Part shown: in pieces, positions 1 through 9,185 of the stretch
Numbering within the stretch: position 1 is the first letter of the stretch
How the letters are laid out: the number at the start of each line of letters is the position of its first letter
Source: Betaproteobacteria bacterium
Lineage (GTDB): Bacteria; Pseudomonadota; Gammaproteobacteria; Burkholderiales; Ga0077523
NCBI GenBank assembly: GCA_016713305.1
Contig: JADJPK010000008.1
Location: 360,192 to 424,191 of the forward strand
Direction of reading: 5' to 3'
Length of the DNA: 64,000 nt
Notes under the pieces: model-generated
What the model saw: the letters and a program-made list of their open reading frames with translations, nothing else
What the model was told of the DNA's origin: nothing
Database searches by the model: none
Position numbers and translations under genes: made by a program

Positions 1-215
1 GGCCTCCGGAACGTCGCAATGCTTTCCGGGGTGGAGATCCGGGGCCTCCGGAACGTCGCAATGCTTTCCGGGGTGGAGATCCGGGGCCTCCGGAAAGTCG
101 CAGACTTTCTGGGGTCGGACAGGGGGGGGGGGGGAGGGCAGTCCGGGGGGGGCGGCGGGCGGGCCTCCTTGGGGCCCCCGGAAAGTCGCAAGACTTTCTG
201 GGGTGGAACAGAGGG
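1..215. repeat. Tandem array of ~40-nt hairpin-containing (REP-like) elements, truncated by the window edge
   Basis: nt 1-42 and 43-84 are identical 42-mers (ggcctccggaacgtcgcaatgctttccggggtggagatccgg) containing ccggaa-N12-ttccgg. Two diverged copies (from 85 and from ~172) carry the near-perfect palindrome ccggaaagtc-N3/4-gactttctgg. There are no unique spacers between copies. Confidence 0.8.
122..152. repeat. Homopolymer tracts: G13 (122-134) and G8 (145-152) inside the repeat array
   Basis: Counted directly: a + 13 g at 122-134, then gtcc + 8 g at 145-152. Confidence 0.9.
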
Positions 216-341
216 GCGGGGGTGAGGAGGCGCGAGGCGCGCGGCAGGCCAGGAGAGGGGGTGAGGATGGGTTTGCCATCACCCCCCAACCACGTTTCAA
301 GCGCGCCTCCGACCGCAAGACGAGAAACCCGCGACTCCCTT

Positions 342-1202
342 TCATTCGCACACCCGCGCCATTCCCTGCAGCCGCAGGTACGCGGCGCCGATGAGCCCCG
401 CGTCCAGCATCCGCCGTGCGCAGGCCGTTCCGTTGTCCAGCGCGAGACTCGCGGCATCGGCGGGCAGACGGTCCACCCCGACGGTCACGAGACGCGTCCC
501 GAGGTCCGTGTCGTCGCGGACTTCGTTGGCGGGGCGCCGATGAACGGACGGGTGATCGACATCGACGGCGTTCGCCACCAGCGTCGCGGCGGCGTCGGCG
601 GCTGCGGCCGTGCGCGCAATGACGGTCACGGAGTCCGCGATGCCCAGCGAATGCGACCGGCCACGCCAGCCCGATGTGGCGATGCCGCGCCAGGGATCGA
701 TGGCACGGATCAAGGCGTGACCGTGCAGATGTGCATCCTCGATTCCGGCGACCCCGATGCGGAACGACGCGTCGTCCTCCAGATGCACCGCGATGTCGCC
801 GCCGTTGTTCACGTAGGCGCGGCGCAGCCGGCGCGACCGCGTCATCGCTTCCAGGATCTCATCGGCGACCGCGCCCGCCACAGCCGCCATGGGGGTGATG
901 AACGTCTTCCGATGCGGCCAGCAGGCGGCCTCCATCCTGCGAGCGACGGGCCCGGCGAATCCGCGGGATGTCGCGGGCACGGGAAGCCGCAGTTCGGGCA
1001 GTTCCGAAACCAGAGTCGGGAGCACGTTCTCGAATCGCTCTGCCGCCTGCTCGTAGGCACGCGCCACCTCGCCCGCAGATCCCTCCGCCTCGATGACGAG
1101 ATCGATGGGCCCCTGGTGCAGGTGCAGGCGCCCGTCGGCAAGCCGTACGCGATCCGGCCGCCACGCTGGAGTTTCCGTCCGGTGCGCGAGGGCGGCGTTC
1201 AC
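342..1202 (-). CDS. UPF0280 family (ApbE-like superfamily) protein
   Basis: This is only the C-terminal 286 codons of track ORF 342..2471. The GTG at 1202 overlaps the upstream stop (GTGA at 1199-1202). The translation ...LHQGPIDLVIEAEG...ITPMAAVAGAVADEILEAM...IATSGWRGRSHSLGIADSVTV... looks like UPF0280 proteins that accompany 6-hydroxynicotinate-reductase-like genes. Confidence 0.75.
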   Translation of the reverse strand: MNAALAHRTETPAWRPDRVRLADGRLHLHQGPIDLVIEAEGSAGEVARAYEQAAERFENVLPTLVSELPELRLPVPATSRGFAGPVARRMEAACWPHRKTFITPMAAVAGAVADEILEAMTRSRRLRRAYVNNGGDIAVHLEDDASFRIGVAGIEDAHLHGHALIRAIDPWRGIATSGWRGRSHSLGIADSVTVIARTAAAADAAATLVANAVDVDHPSVHRRPANEVRDDTDLGTRLVTVGVDRLPADAASLALDNGTACARRMLDAGLIGAAYLRLQGMARVCE

Positions 1203-2707
1203 GCGGGAAACGCCGGGTCGATGCGAAACGGCCAGGGATTCTCGGGCAGCCACTCCGCGGCGGTGCGGCGTGCCTGCGCAAGCACGGTCTCCAGCGGGAT
1301 CACGCTGTCCATGTGTCCGCCCAGTTCGCGATAGTGATCCAGAGGCAGCGTGAACTCGATGGGCACGACGAGCGCGGGTGTGGGCACCGAGCCGAAGGAC
1401 CGCGCCGGCATCTTCGAGACGTCCGCCATCAGCGTGATGCCGCCACCGGGCCACACGTAAACCGGAGCGCCGCCGCACGTCACGCGAGTGAGCGACGCCT
1501 TCACCGAGCGCGTGAGCCGTACCGGATTCTCCGTCACGCCGGCGCGCAGGCTGCCTCCCGCCCCGCCCATGAACAGCACGGTGCACAGCGCCGGTTCGCA
1601 GTTTTCCTTGATGCGCGCCACCGCCTTGGCGATGACGTCGGGCATCGGCGCGGGCTGGGGCACGAGTCGATCGTCCAGCACATACCATGCGGACTGCTCG
1701 CCGGTCGTCGACACCATCAGCATGCGCAGACCCGGCCAGGCGCGTTCCGGGTCGACGGATTCGACGATGTCCAGCGGGTCCTGGATGTTCGTGCCGCCCC
1801 ATCCGGAACCGGGCTCCGCCACACGGAAATAGCGGCCCGGGGTGGACTTGCGCCCGCGCACCTGGATGCCCGCGGGCTGCATGGACAGGAACCGCCCGGC
1901 CTGGTGTTCCGACAGCACGCCGGTGATGTGGTCGTCCACGACGATCACCTCGTCCGCGTGCCCCAGCCACTGCTTGGCGAACATGCCGATGGTGGCGGAA
2001 CCGCAGCCGACCCGCATGCGGACCTCCTGTTCGCCATCCACGACAGGCGGCATGCCGGCCTGGACGACGACACGCGACCCGCCGTCGATGGCGAGTTCCA
2101 CCGCCTCGCGGTTGCACAGCCGTTCCAGGACGCTGCAGGCGACGCGGCCCTCGCGCTTGGTGCCGCCGGTCAGATGGCGCACGCCGCCCAAGGCCAACAT
2201 CTGCGAACCGTACTCGGCCGTGGTGACGTGGCCGACCTGCTCGTCGTCCATGCGGATCGCCGCCTGCTCGGGTCCCAGGAACCGGTCGGTGTCGATCTTC
2301 ACCTTCACGCCGCAGTAGCTGAAGATGCCTTCCGTCACCACCGTGACCATGTCGACGTCCGCGTGCCTGCTCGACACGATGAACGGGGCCGGCCTGTAGT
2401 CCGGATAGGTGGTGCCGGATCCGACGCCGGTGACGAACACGGGCGCATCCGACAGCAGTTCGCCCTGCCACTCCCGCGATCGCTCCAGGAATGGCACGAC
2501 TTCGCCACCTTCACGGTGTACCCGCTCCGTGATGACCAGCGGATCGAGTCGCGAGAGCGCGCCTTCCACGTTGGCGTACCGGTCGCACGCGCCGGTCTTG
2601 CCGGGCCGGATGATGCACAGCACCGGACAGGCATCGCAGCGCACGTTGCCCGAGGCGACCGGCTGGTCGAGGACGTCGGCGGATTCTGAGCTGGTGTCGC
2701 TTCGCAT
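1199..2707 (-). CDS. 6-hydroxynicotinate reductase-like Fe-S protein
   Basis: In-frame ATG at 2707 (MRSDTSSE...) within ORF 1199..2815. N-terminal Cys cluster CDACPVLCIIRPGKTGACDRY. The 502-aa body is non-shadow-like, and its stop overlaps the downstream start. Confidence 0.75.
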   Translation of the reverse strand: MRSDTSSESADVLDQPVASGNVRCDACPVLCIIRPGKTGACDRYANVEGALSRLDPLVITERVHREGGEVVPFLERSREWQGELLSDAPVFVTGVGSGTTYPDYRPAPFIVSSRHADVDMVTVVTEGIFSYCGVKVKIDTDRFLGPEQAAIRMDDEQVGHVTTAEYGSQMLALGGVRHLTGGTKREGRVACSVLERLCNREAVELAIDGGSRVVVQAGMPPVVDGEQEVRMRVGCGSATIGMFAKQWLGHADEVIVVDDHITGVLSEHQAGRFLSMQPAGIQVRGRKSTPGRYFRVAEPGSGWGGTNIQDPLDIVESVDPERAWPGLRMLMVSTTGEQSAWYVLDDRLVPQPAPMPDVIAKAVARIKENCEPALCTVLFMGGAGGSLRAGVTENPVRLTRSVKASLTRVTCGGAPVYVWPGGGITLMADVSKMPARSFGSVPTPALVVPIEFTLPLDHYRELGGHMDSVIPLETVLAQARRTAAEWLPENPWPFRIDPAFPA

Positions 2708-2729
2708 GGAACGGAGATGGACGGTAGGG

Positions 2730-5483
2730 TCAGGGGCGGGAAGCGCGCTCCAGCAGCGCGGCGCGCAGCCGGTGGGGAAGCACGGGAACGAACGTGCAGC
2801 GCACGCCGGTGGCATGGCGGATGGCGCCGAGAATGGCCGGCGGCGTGGGAATCAGCGCGGGCTCGCCCACGCCCTTGGCCCCGCCGGGGCCGACCGGCTC
2901 GCGCTCTTCCACGAGAATCGTCTCGATCACCGGCACGTCGCCCACGGTGGGGATGAGGTAGTCGTGCAGGTTCTCGGTGCGCCCGGCGATGTACTCCTCC
3001 ATGAGCGCGAGCCCCAATCCCTGCGCGATGCCGCCGTGGATCTGGCCTTCCACCTGCTGCGGATTCAGCGCACGGCCCACGTCGTGGGCGGCGACGACGC
3101 GCCGCACGCGCGTCGTGCCCAGCTCCAGATCCACTTCCACCTCGGCCATCTGCGCCGCGAACGCGTAGGTGGCGTAGGGCATTCCCTGGCCATTCGCATC
3201 GAGCTTCGTCGTGGGCGGATCGAAATAACCGACCCCTTCCACCACGTTGCCCCGCTCGTTCGGCGGAAGCGTCGTGAGGTCGACGCTCTGGTGTCCCGAG
3301 GCATCCTCGACGTGCAATCGCCAGCCCTCGATGTAGATGCGGGCCGGTTCCTTCGCGCTCACCAGCGACAGCAGCCGGGCGCGCAGATCCATGCCGGCCA
3401 GCTCCGACGCCTTGCCGGACACGAAGGCCTGACGCGACGCCGACGACTTGCCTGCGTCGAGCGTGAGATCGGTGTCGCCCGCCACGTACCGGATTCGGTC
3501 CACAGGCAGGCCCACGGCGTCGGCGACCACCTGCAGCATCGTGGTGTTCGTGCCCTGGCCGATGTCCGCGCAGCCGTTGTAGAACGTCACGGTGCCGTTT
3601 CGCGCGAGTCCGATGCGCATGGAAGAGGGATTGGAAAGCGCGGTATTGCCGATGCCATACCACATGCAGCCGATGCCCACACCGCGCTTCAGCACCGCGT
3701 TCGACGCATTGAATCCGGCCGCGGTCTCCAGCGACGACTGCCAGCGCGGCCGCAGGGCGTCCAGACAGGCGGGAAGTCCGCAGCTCGCCTGCAGCACCTG
3801 ACCCGTCGGCGTGCAGTCCCCGGCGCGCAATGCGTTGCGCCGGCGGATCTCCAGGCGGTCCAGGCCCAGCCGCTCCGCGATGTCGTCGAGCAGCGTCTCG
3901 TGTGCGATCGCCGCCTGCGGGATGCCGAACCCGCGGAACGCGCCTGCCACCGGTTCGTTCGTGTGATAGGCCCGTCCGCGCGCACGCACATGGGGAACGC
4001 GGTACGGGCCGCTGGCGTGCACCGGAACACGATTGGCGACCGTCGGTCCCCAGCTCGCATAGGCCCCCGTGTTGAAGACGGCGTCGACCTCGGCAGCGAC
4101 GAGACGTCCTTCGCCGTCGGCACCGAACCGCGCGTCGATTCGCGCGGGGTGCCGCTTGGTCGTCGCCATCATGCTTTCCTGCCGGGTATACACCATCGCC
4201 ACCGGCCGTCCCGTCAGCCACGCGGCGAGCGCGATGAGCGGCTGCACCGAAAGATCCAGCTTGCCGCCGAAGCCGCCTCCGCACGCGGTCGGCACGATGC
4301 GGATCTGCTCGGGCCGCAGCCGCATGACCAGGGCGACCTCGTCGCGATCCATGTAGGGCGTCTGCGTCGTCACGTGGAGTTCGATGCGCTCGCCCACGCG
4401 TTGCGCCCACCCGGCTTCCGGCTCGATGTAGGCATGTTCGACGAAGCTCGTCTCGAATCGGCCGATGGCCACGACCGCGCACTGCTCCAGAGCGGCCGCC
4501 GCGTCGCCCGAGACGACGCGCCCTTCCAGCAGCAGATTGTCCGCGCGGGACTCGTGCACCTGCGCCGCGTCCTGCGCCATGGCGGCGTCCAGGCCGATCA
4601 CCGGCGGCTCGATGCGATAGCGAATGGGGACGGCATCGTCCGCAATCGCCTCCACCACGGCGCGAGGACCCACCAGCGCCACGATCGGCTCGCCGCGGTA
4701 GCGGGCGAGGCCGTTCGCCAGCACCGGCTGGTCCTTCACGTCCGGATAGATGCCATAGCCGTTCGACGGAACGTCCTGTGCCGTGAGGACGAGTGCCAAT
4801 CCCGGGTGCCGCCGAGCAAAGGCGTCCATGTCTCCCAGCGTGAATCGCGCGCGGGGATGCGGAGAACGGATCGCCTTCACCCACAGCGCGTCTACCGGAA
4901 TGCCGTCGGCACCGAAGCGATCGGTTCCCTTGACCTTCGCCTCGCCATCGACCTTGGCCAGCCGGGCGCCGAGCGCGTGTCCCGGCTCCGGCACCGCGGG
5001 CAGCACCACTTCGCCGATGCAGGCCAGCACGGCCTCGACGATCTTCTGGTATCCCGTGCACCGGCACAGCACGCCACCCAGCGCGTCTTCCACGTCGCGC
5101 TGCGTGGGCCGTTGCGTCCGCCCGAGCAGATCCGCCGCCGCCATCAGCATGCCGGGGGTGCAGATGCCGCACTGCGCCGCGAGATGCCTGTGGAACGCCG
5201 TCTGCAGCCGCGCGAAACGCGCGTCTGCGGACAGACCCTCCACCGTCGTGATGGAGCGCCCCTGCAGCCGCCCGACGGGGACGAGACAGGCGCAGGTCTG
5301 GCGCCCATCCAGCAGCACGGTGCAGGCGCCGCAGTCCCCCGCGTTGCAGCCGATCTTGGTGCCCGTGAGCCCGAGTTCGTCGCGCAGCATGTCGGCAAGG
5401 CGGGTCAGACCGGGCGACGCACAGGTGACTTCGCGGCCGTTCACCGAGAACTCGACCGCGTGGGTCCGCGCACGGTCGTTCAA
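2730..5483 (-). CDS. Xanthine dehydrogenase/aldehyde oxidase family protein, fused [2Fe-2S] and molybdopterin-binding subunit
   Basis: 917-aa ORF. N-terminal motifs CNAGDCGACTV, CGICTPG and CRCTGY (two 2Fe-2S sites) are followed by a/b-hammerhead and Moco-binding-like sequence (...GGGFGGK..., ...GVGEPALIPTPPAI...). The TTG start at 5483 overlaps the upstream stop (TTGA). Confidence 0.9.
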   Translation of the reverse strand: MNDRARTHAVEFSVNGREVTCASPGLTRLADMLRDELGLTGTKIGCNAGDCGACTVLLDGRQTCACLVPVGRLQGRSITTVEGLSADARFARLQTAFHRHLAAQCGICTPGMLMAAADLLGRTQRPTQRDVEDALGGVLCRCTGYQKIVEAVLACIGEVVLPAVPEPGHALGARLAKVDGEAKVKGTDRFGADGIPVDALWVKAIRSPHPRARFTLGDMDAFARRHPGLALVLTAQDVPSNGYGIYPDVKDQPVLANGLARYRGEPIVALVGPRAVVEAIADDAVPIRYRIEPPVIGLDAAMAQDAAQVHESRADNLLLEGRVVSGDAAAALEQCAVVAIGRFETSFVEHAYIEPEAGWAQRVGERIELHVTTQTPYMDRDEVALVMRLRPEQIRIVPTACGGGFGGKLDLSVQPLIALAAWLTGRPVAMVYTRQESMMATTKRHPARIDARFGADGEGRLVAAEVDAVFNTGAYASWGPTVANRVPVHASGPYRVPHVRARGRAYHTNEPVAGAFRGFGIPQAAIAHETLLDDIAERLGLDRLEIRRRNALRAGDCTPTGQVLQASCGLPACLDALRPRWQSSLETAAGFNASNAVLKRGVGIGCMWYGIGNTALSNPSSMRIGLARNGTVTFYNGCADIGQGTNTTMLQVVADAVGLPVDRIRYVAGDTDLTLDAGKSSASRQAFVSGKASELAGMDLRARLLSLVSAKEPARIYIEGWRLHVEDASGHQSVDLTTLPPNERGNVVEGVGYFDPPTTKLDANGQGMPYATYAFAAQMAEVEVDLELGTTRVRRVVAAHDVGRALNPQQVEGQIHGGIAQGLGLALMEEYIAGRTENLHDYLIPTVGDVPVIETILVEEREPVGPGGAKGVGEPALIPTPPAILGAIRHATGVRCTFVPVLPHRLRAALLERASRP

Positions 5484-6322
5484 AGTTTCTCTCCCGCGTG
5501 CTGAAGCAGGCGCGACACGAGTGTCTGCGCGGCATCAACGCGATAGACGCGCGAAGCGCGGACGTCGTCGATGGGCGCGAGCGCCGCCAGATGCTCCGGC
5601 TGGACCAGGTGGCCCAGCGCGCTCGCGACCGGTTTGCCCGTGAGCACGTCCTCGAGGGCAGTCAACCGGCAGGCCACGGGCGAACACGCGCCGACGGCGA
5701 TGCGGGCACGGGTGATGACGCCTGTCTCGTCCGCTTCCAGCACGGCCGCCGCCATCACGATGGAGATGACGAGATAGCGCCGGGCGCCCAGCTTGAGGAA
5801 GTGGCCGGCGCTGCGCGCCGCGGGACACGGAACATGCAGAGCTGTCACCAGCTCGTCGATGGATCGGTCCACCCGGCGGGGGCCACGAAGAAAATCGGCA
5901 AGGGCCACGCGTCTGCGCCCGGACGGGCCGGCAATCTCCACGCTTGCGTCCAATGCGGCCAGGGCCGGAATGCCGTCGGCGGCCGGAGAGGCATTGCAGA
6001 CGTTGCCGGCGATGGTGCCCGCATTCTGGATCTGCGGTCCGCCGATCTCCCGTGCCGCGAGCTTCAGCGCGTCGAACGCAGCGGGGAGCGGGGTGTCCTG
6101 CAGTTCGCGCCAGGTGACGGCTGCGCCGATGCGCCAGCCGTGTTCATCCTCGCGGATTCCCGCGAGTTCGGGGATGCCGGTGATGTCGAGAACATCCGAT
6201 TCGAGCGTCCGGCCCGCACGAGCAGGGTAGAAATCGGTACCGCCGGCCAGGATCACGTGCGGGCGCTTCGCCAGCGCCTCGAGCGCGTGGTCGAGCGTCT
6301 GGGGACGCACATAGGTGTTCAT
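5480..6322 (-). CDS. FAD-binding subunit of a xanthine dehydrogenase family enzyme (CoxM-like)
   Basis: ATG at 6322. MNTYVRPQTLDHALEAL..ILAGGTDFYP...NAGTIAGNVCNASPAAD is typical of the molybdopterin dehydrogenase FAD-binding domain. There is a 4-nt overlap with the next gene. Confidence 0.88.
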   Translation of the reverse strand: MNTYVRPQTLDHALEALAKRPHVILAGGTDFYPARAGRTLESDVLDITGIPELAGIREDEHGWRIGAAVTWRELQDTPLPAAFDALKLAAREIGGPQIQNAGTIAGNVCNASPAADGIPALAALDASVEIAGPSGRRRVALADFLRGPRRVDRSIDELVTALHVPCPAARSAGHFLKLGARRYLVISIVMAAAVLEADETGVITRARIAVGACSPVACRLTALEDVLTGKPVASALGHLVQPEHLAALAPIDDVRASRVYRVDAAQTLVSRLLQHAGEKL

Positions 6323-6692
6323 GCGAGCACAGTGGCCGGGACGGTCGGAGGTCGTTCGAGGATAGCCGTTTTGCCATCACGGCGATAGGCAATGGGCGCG
6401 GCACCACGAGGAGTGCCGCGCTCGAGCGGCCGTTGCAGGAAGACCGGCCGGAGGTGGCAGCAAAGGAGAGAGGAACTGCGGCAGCCGGTCCTGCCCTTCT
6501 ATATGGAACAGGTGTCGAGGAAGGCCCGGATCACCCGCGGAGGAATCGCGCGGCCTTCCGGAACGGGCGACGGCGAAGCGGGATGCCCGGAAAGGTCGGA
6601 GCGACGCGTCTCACGAGCGTGTGCCGCGAGCAGAACTTCGTTGGACTGGGGGAGGGCCTGCGTCGCGGATCCTTCCACCGATCGGAACGTCT

Positions 6693-7343
6693 TCAGTTGC
6701 AAAGACCGCCGAGGGAGGCGTCCATGGAGCCGGCACCGCTTGCGGGCGCGGCATCGTCCAGTTCGGCGAGGGCGGCTTGCTGCTTCCGGACCGCGGCGAG
6801 GTCCTTCTTGAGCTTGTCGCACTGCTCCTTGGACAACCCGGCGGTCTTCGCGGGTTCTGCCGCTGCCGGCGCCGGTTGCGCGGCCGCCTTGGCCGCCGCC
6901 GCTTCCGCTGCTGCCTTGGCCGCGCGCTCCTTTTCCCTTTCCTTTTCGGCGGCGTCGGCTTTCGCCAGGCAGTCGGCCTCGACGATCGCCCGCACTTCGC
7001 CCGGCGACCCCGGCGTCTGATAGACGGAGGTCACGAACCGGCGGCGTGCGGATTTCTCCTGCACACCCAGGTATTCGTTGTCGACGGCGGCCAGTGCCTG
7101 CGTCGCACTGACCCCGCCCGTCTTCTTGCGCGAGATGCGCTCGGCGTCCTCGCCCACGGCTGCACAGGCTCGCTGGGTGTCCGTGCCTCCGGAAGACCGC
7201 CGGGTGGTCGTGACCACGCGAGCGCCTTCGCCACAGGGCTTGTCGGCGTAGGTGCCGTCCGGACAGCGGTATACCTTGGCGGCGTGTGCGCCGCCCGAAA
7301 ACACGGCCGTCAACAGGGCGAAAGTGCATGCAAGCAGTCGCAT
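6693..7343 (-). CDS. Secreted DUF4124-like protein with an Ala/Lys/Glu-rich low-complexity tail
   Basis: ATG at 7343 inside ORF 6693..8477. Signal peptide MRLLACTFALLTAVFSGGAHA, then KVYRCPDGTYADKPCG (DUF4124-like), then an AEKEREKERAAKAAAEAAAAKAAA region. Confidence 0.65.
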   Translation of the reverse strand: MRLLACTFALLTAVFSGGAHAAKVYRCPDGTYADKPCGEGARVVTTTRRSSGGTDTQRACAAVGEDAERISRKKTGGVSATQALAAVDNEYLGVQEKSARRRFVTSVYQTPGSPGEVRAIVEADCLAKADAAEKEREKERAAKAAAEAAAAKAAAQPAPAAAEPAKTAGLSKEQCDKLKKDLAAVRKQQAALAELDDAAPASGAGSMDASLGGLCN

Positions 7344-7517
7344 GGGGGTTCCAGGAAAATGGGCAGTTCCGGTGTTTTCGGCGTGCGCAGGCGCGGTTTG
7401 AGGGTTGCCGTGCGGAGGACCGGATCCGAGCGCGCCGATTGCCCCGTGACCGGCTTCCGATGCGAAGGTCCGGGAGTGTCCCTGCGATATCATCGGCCGG
7501 GTCGAAGGGAGGAGAAC

Positions 7518-8186
7518 GTGGACGCAATGCTCGATGGCGTGGATGTGATTTCGGATGTCGTATGTCCCTGGTGTTTCATCGGCAAACGCCACCTGGATGC
7601 GGCGCTGGCCCGGTGGCAGTCTCTCCATCCCGGCGAGCGGCCGGACGTGCGCTGGCACGCCTTCCAGCTGAACCCGGACATGCCTGTCGAAGGCATGGAC
7701 CGGCAGGACTACGTCGCGGCGAAATTCGGCGGTCCCGACCGAGCGCGCGACATCTACGCCCGGGTCGCCGCGGCGGGCCGCACGGCGGGCATCGAGTTCG
7801 ACTTCGGCCGCATGCAGATCCAGCCCAACACCTCCCAGGCGCACCGCCTCATCGCGTGGGCCGGGGCGAAGGGCCGGCAGGACGCCATGGTGGAGACCCT
7901 GTTCCGGGGCTACTTTCTGACCGCTTCCAACCTGACCGACGACGGCCAGCTCGCGCTGCTCGCCGAACAGGCAGGTCTGGACAAGGATGAGGCCACGGGG
8001 TTTCTGGCGGGCGACGAACTGCGCGGGGAGGTCGCCGCCGACGAACGCATGGCGCGAAGCATCGGCGTGCAGGGCGTTCCGTTCTTCATCTTCAACCGGC
8101 GGCTGGCGGTGTCCGGTGCGCAGCCGCCCGAGGTGCTGATCCAGGCCATGGAAGAAGCATCTCGAGCGCCGGCCGCTGCCACATGA
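7518..8186 (+). CDS. DsbA family oxidoreductase (FrnE/2-hydroxychromene-2-carboxylate isomerase-like)
   Basis: CPWC active site (DVVCPWCFIGKRHL). RBS gaagggaggag lies upstream of the GTG at 7518, with an alternative ATG at 7527. This is the C-terminal part of ORF 6621..8186. Confidence 0.85.
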   Translation: MDAMLDGVDVISDVVCPWCFIGKRHLDAALARWQSLHPGERPDVRWHAFQLNPDMPVEGMDRQDYVAAKFGGPDRARDIYARVAAAGRTAGIEFDFGRMQIQPNTSQAHRLIAWAGAKGRQDAMVETLFRGYFLTASNLTDDGQLALLAEQAGLDKDEATGFLAGDELRGEVAADERMARSIGVQGVPFFIFNRRLAVSGAQPPEVLIQAMEEASRAPAAAT

Positions 8187-8229
8187 GGCATCCTCGAGCC
8201 ATGTTCCCCGGGAGTCCGCGGGTTCCGGC

Positions 8230-9185
8230 ATGGCCGGCGCGCCGCACGTGATGGACCTGCGTTCCGAGATCGAGGCGGCGGCCCGCCGCATCCGGCCCCA
8301 TGTCCGGCGCACGCCCGTGCTGCCGCTCACTGCCGGAGAAAGCGGCGGCGATTTCACGGTCTTCCTGAAGCTGGAGTACTTGCAGCACGTCGGCTCGTTC
8401 AAGCCGAGGGGTGCTTTCAACCGGATGCTGTCGGCCGAGATTCCGCCGGCGGGCGTCATCGCGGCCTCCGGCGGCAATCACGGGCTGGCCGTCGCGTACG
8501 CCGCAGGCGTGCTGGGCGTTCCGGCCGAGATCTTCGTTCCGGAGATCGCAGCGCCCGTGAAGATCGCCCGGCTGAGGGAACTTTCCGCCACGGTCCACGT
8601 GGTCGGACGCCACTACGCCGAAGCATGGAATGCCTGTGCGGCGCGGCAGGCGGTGTCGAAGGCGCTGCTGGTCCATGCGTACGACCAGCCCGAAGTGCTG
8701 GCGGGGCAGGGCACGGTGGCCGCGGAGTTCGAGGAGCAGTTCCCGGATATCGACACGGTGATGGTGGCCGTGGGAGGCGGAGGGCTCGTGGGCGGAATCG
8801 CCGGCTGGTTCGGCGGGCGGGCGCGGGTGGTGGCGGTCGAACCACAGACGTCCTGCGCCCTGCATGCGGCGCTGGCAGCCGGTGCTCCGGTGGATGTCGA
8901 CGTGAGCGGCATTGCCGCGGATTCCCTCGGTGCGAGGCGGGTCGGAGAGCACATGTTTCCCGTGGCGCGACAGCACGTGGATCGCGTCGTGCTTGTGGAC
9001 GATGCGCAGATTCGTGCAGCGCAGCAAGCGCTTTGGCGGGATTTCCGGATCGTCGCGGAACCGGGTGGGGCCACGGCGTTCGCGGCATTGCGCTCGCGCC
9101 TCTACGTGCCCCGGCGGGGCGAACGGGTGGGGTGGTCGTGTGCGGCGCGAACTGCGATCCCGCCACGATCACCGGCACACCATGA
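8230..9185 (+). pseudogene. Threonine/serine dehydratase-like PLP enzyme, frameshifted near its 3' end
   Basis: Frame 1 has FLKLEYLQHVGSFKPRGAFN (PLP-Lys motif), ...SGGNHG... and ...VAVGGGGLVGGIA... Conservation then leaves frame 1 at GERVG (9121-9132) and continues in the frame of ORF 8625..9185 as VVVCGANCDPATITGTP*. The join lies in the run gtggggtgg (GGGG at 9129-9132), which looks like a 1-nt loss. The frame-shifted stop (9183-9185) forms an ATGA overlap with the next gene's ATG at 9182. Confidence 0.8.

Noticed and set aside
1-215. Possible CRISPR array, suggested by the repeated ~42-nt units with internal palindromes
   Set aside because: The units are directly tandem with no unique spacers between them, and the copies diverge in sequence. 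No cas genes are nearby. The array fits REP-like extragenic repeats better.
1203-2471. Upstream 420 codons of the 709-aa ORF 342..2471
   Set aside because: The translation is Arg/Gly/His-rich and nonsensical, and it lies out of frame over the well-supported 6-hydroxynicotinate-reductase-like gene. Only the last 286 codons (342-1202) look like a real protein.
2335-5538. 1067-aa (minus) and 1031-aa (plus, 2409..5504) ORFs overlapping the XDH-family gene
   Set aside because: These are typical high-GC shadow frames with R/A/G/P-dominated composition and no recognisable motifs. The 917-aa frame (2730..5483) carries all the 2Fe-2S and Moco motifs.
6323-6692. Possible riboswitch or small gene in the 370-nt gap upstream of the xdh-like operon
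   Set aside because: I could identify only a weak GC hairpin (ggaaggcc...ggccttcc, about 6518-6560). No recognisable riboswitch core and no credible ORF are present, so the evidence is insufficient to call anything.
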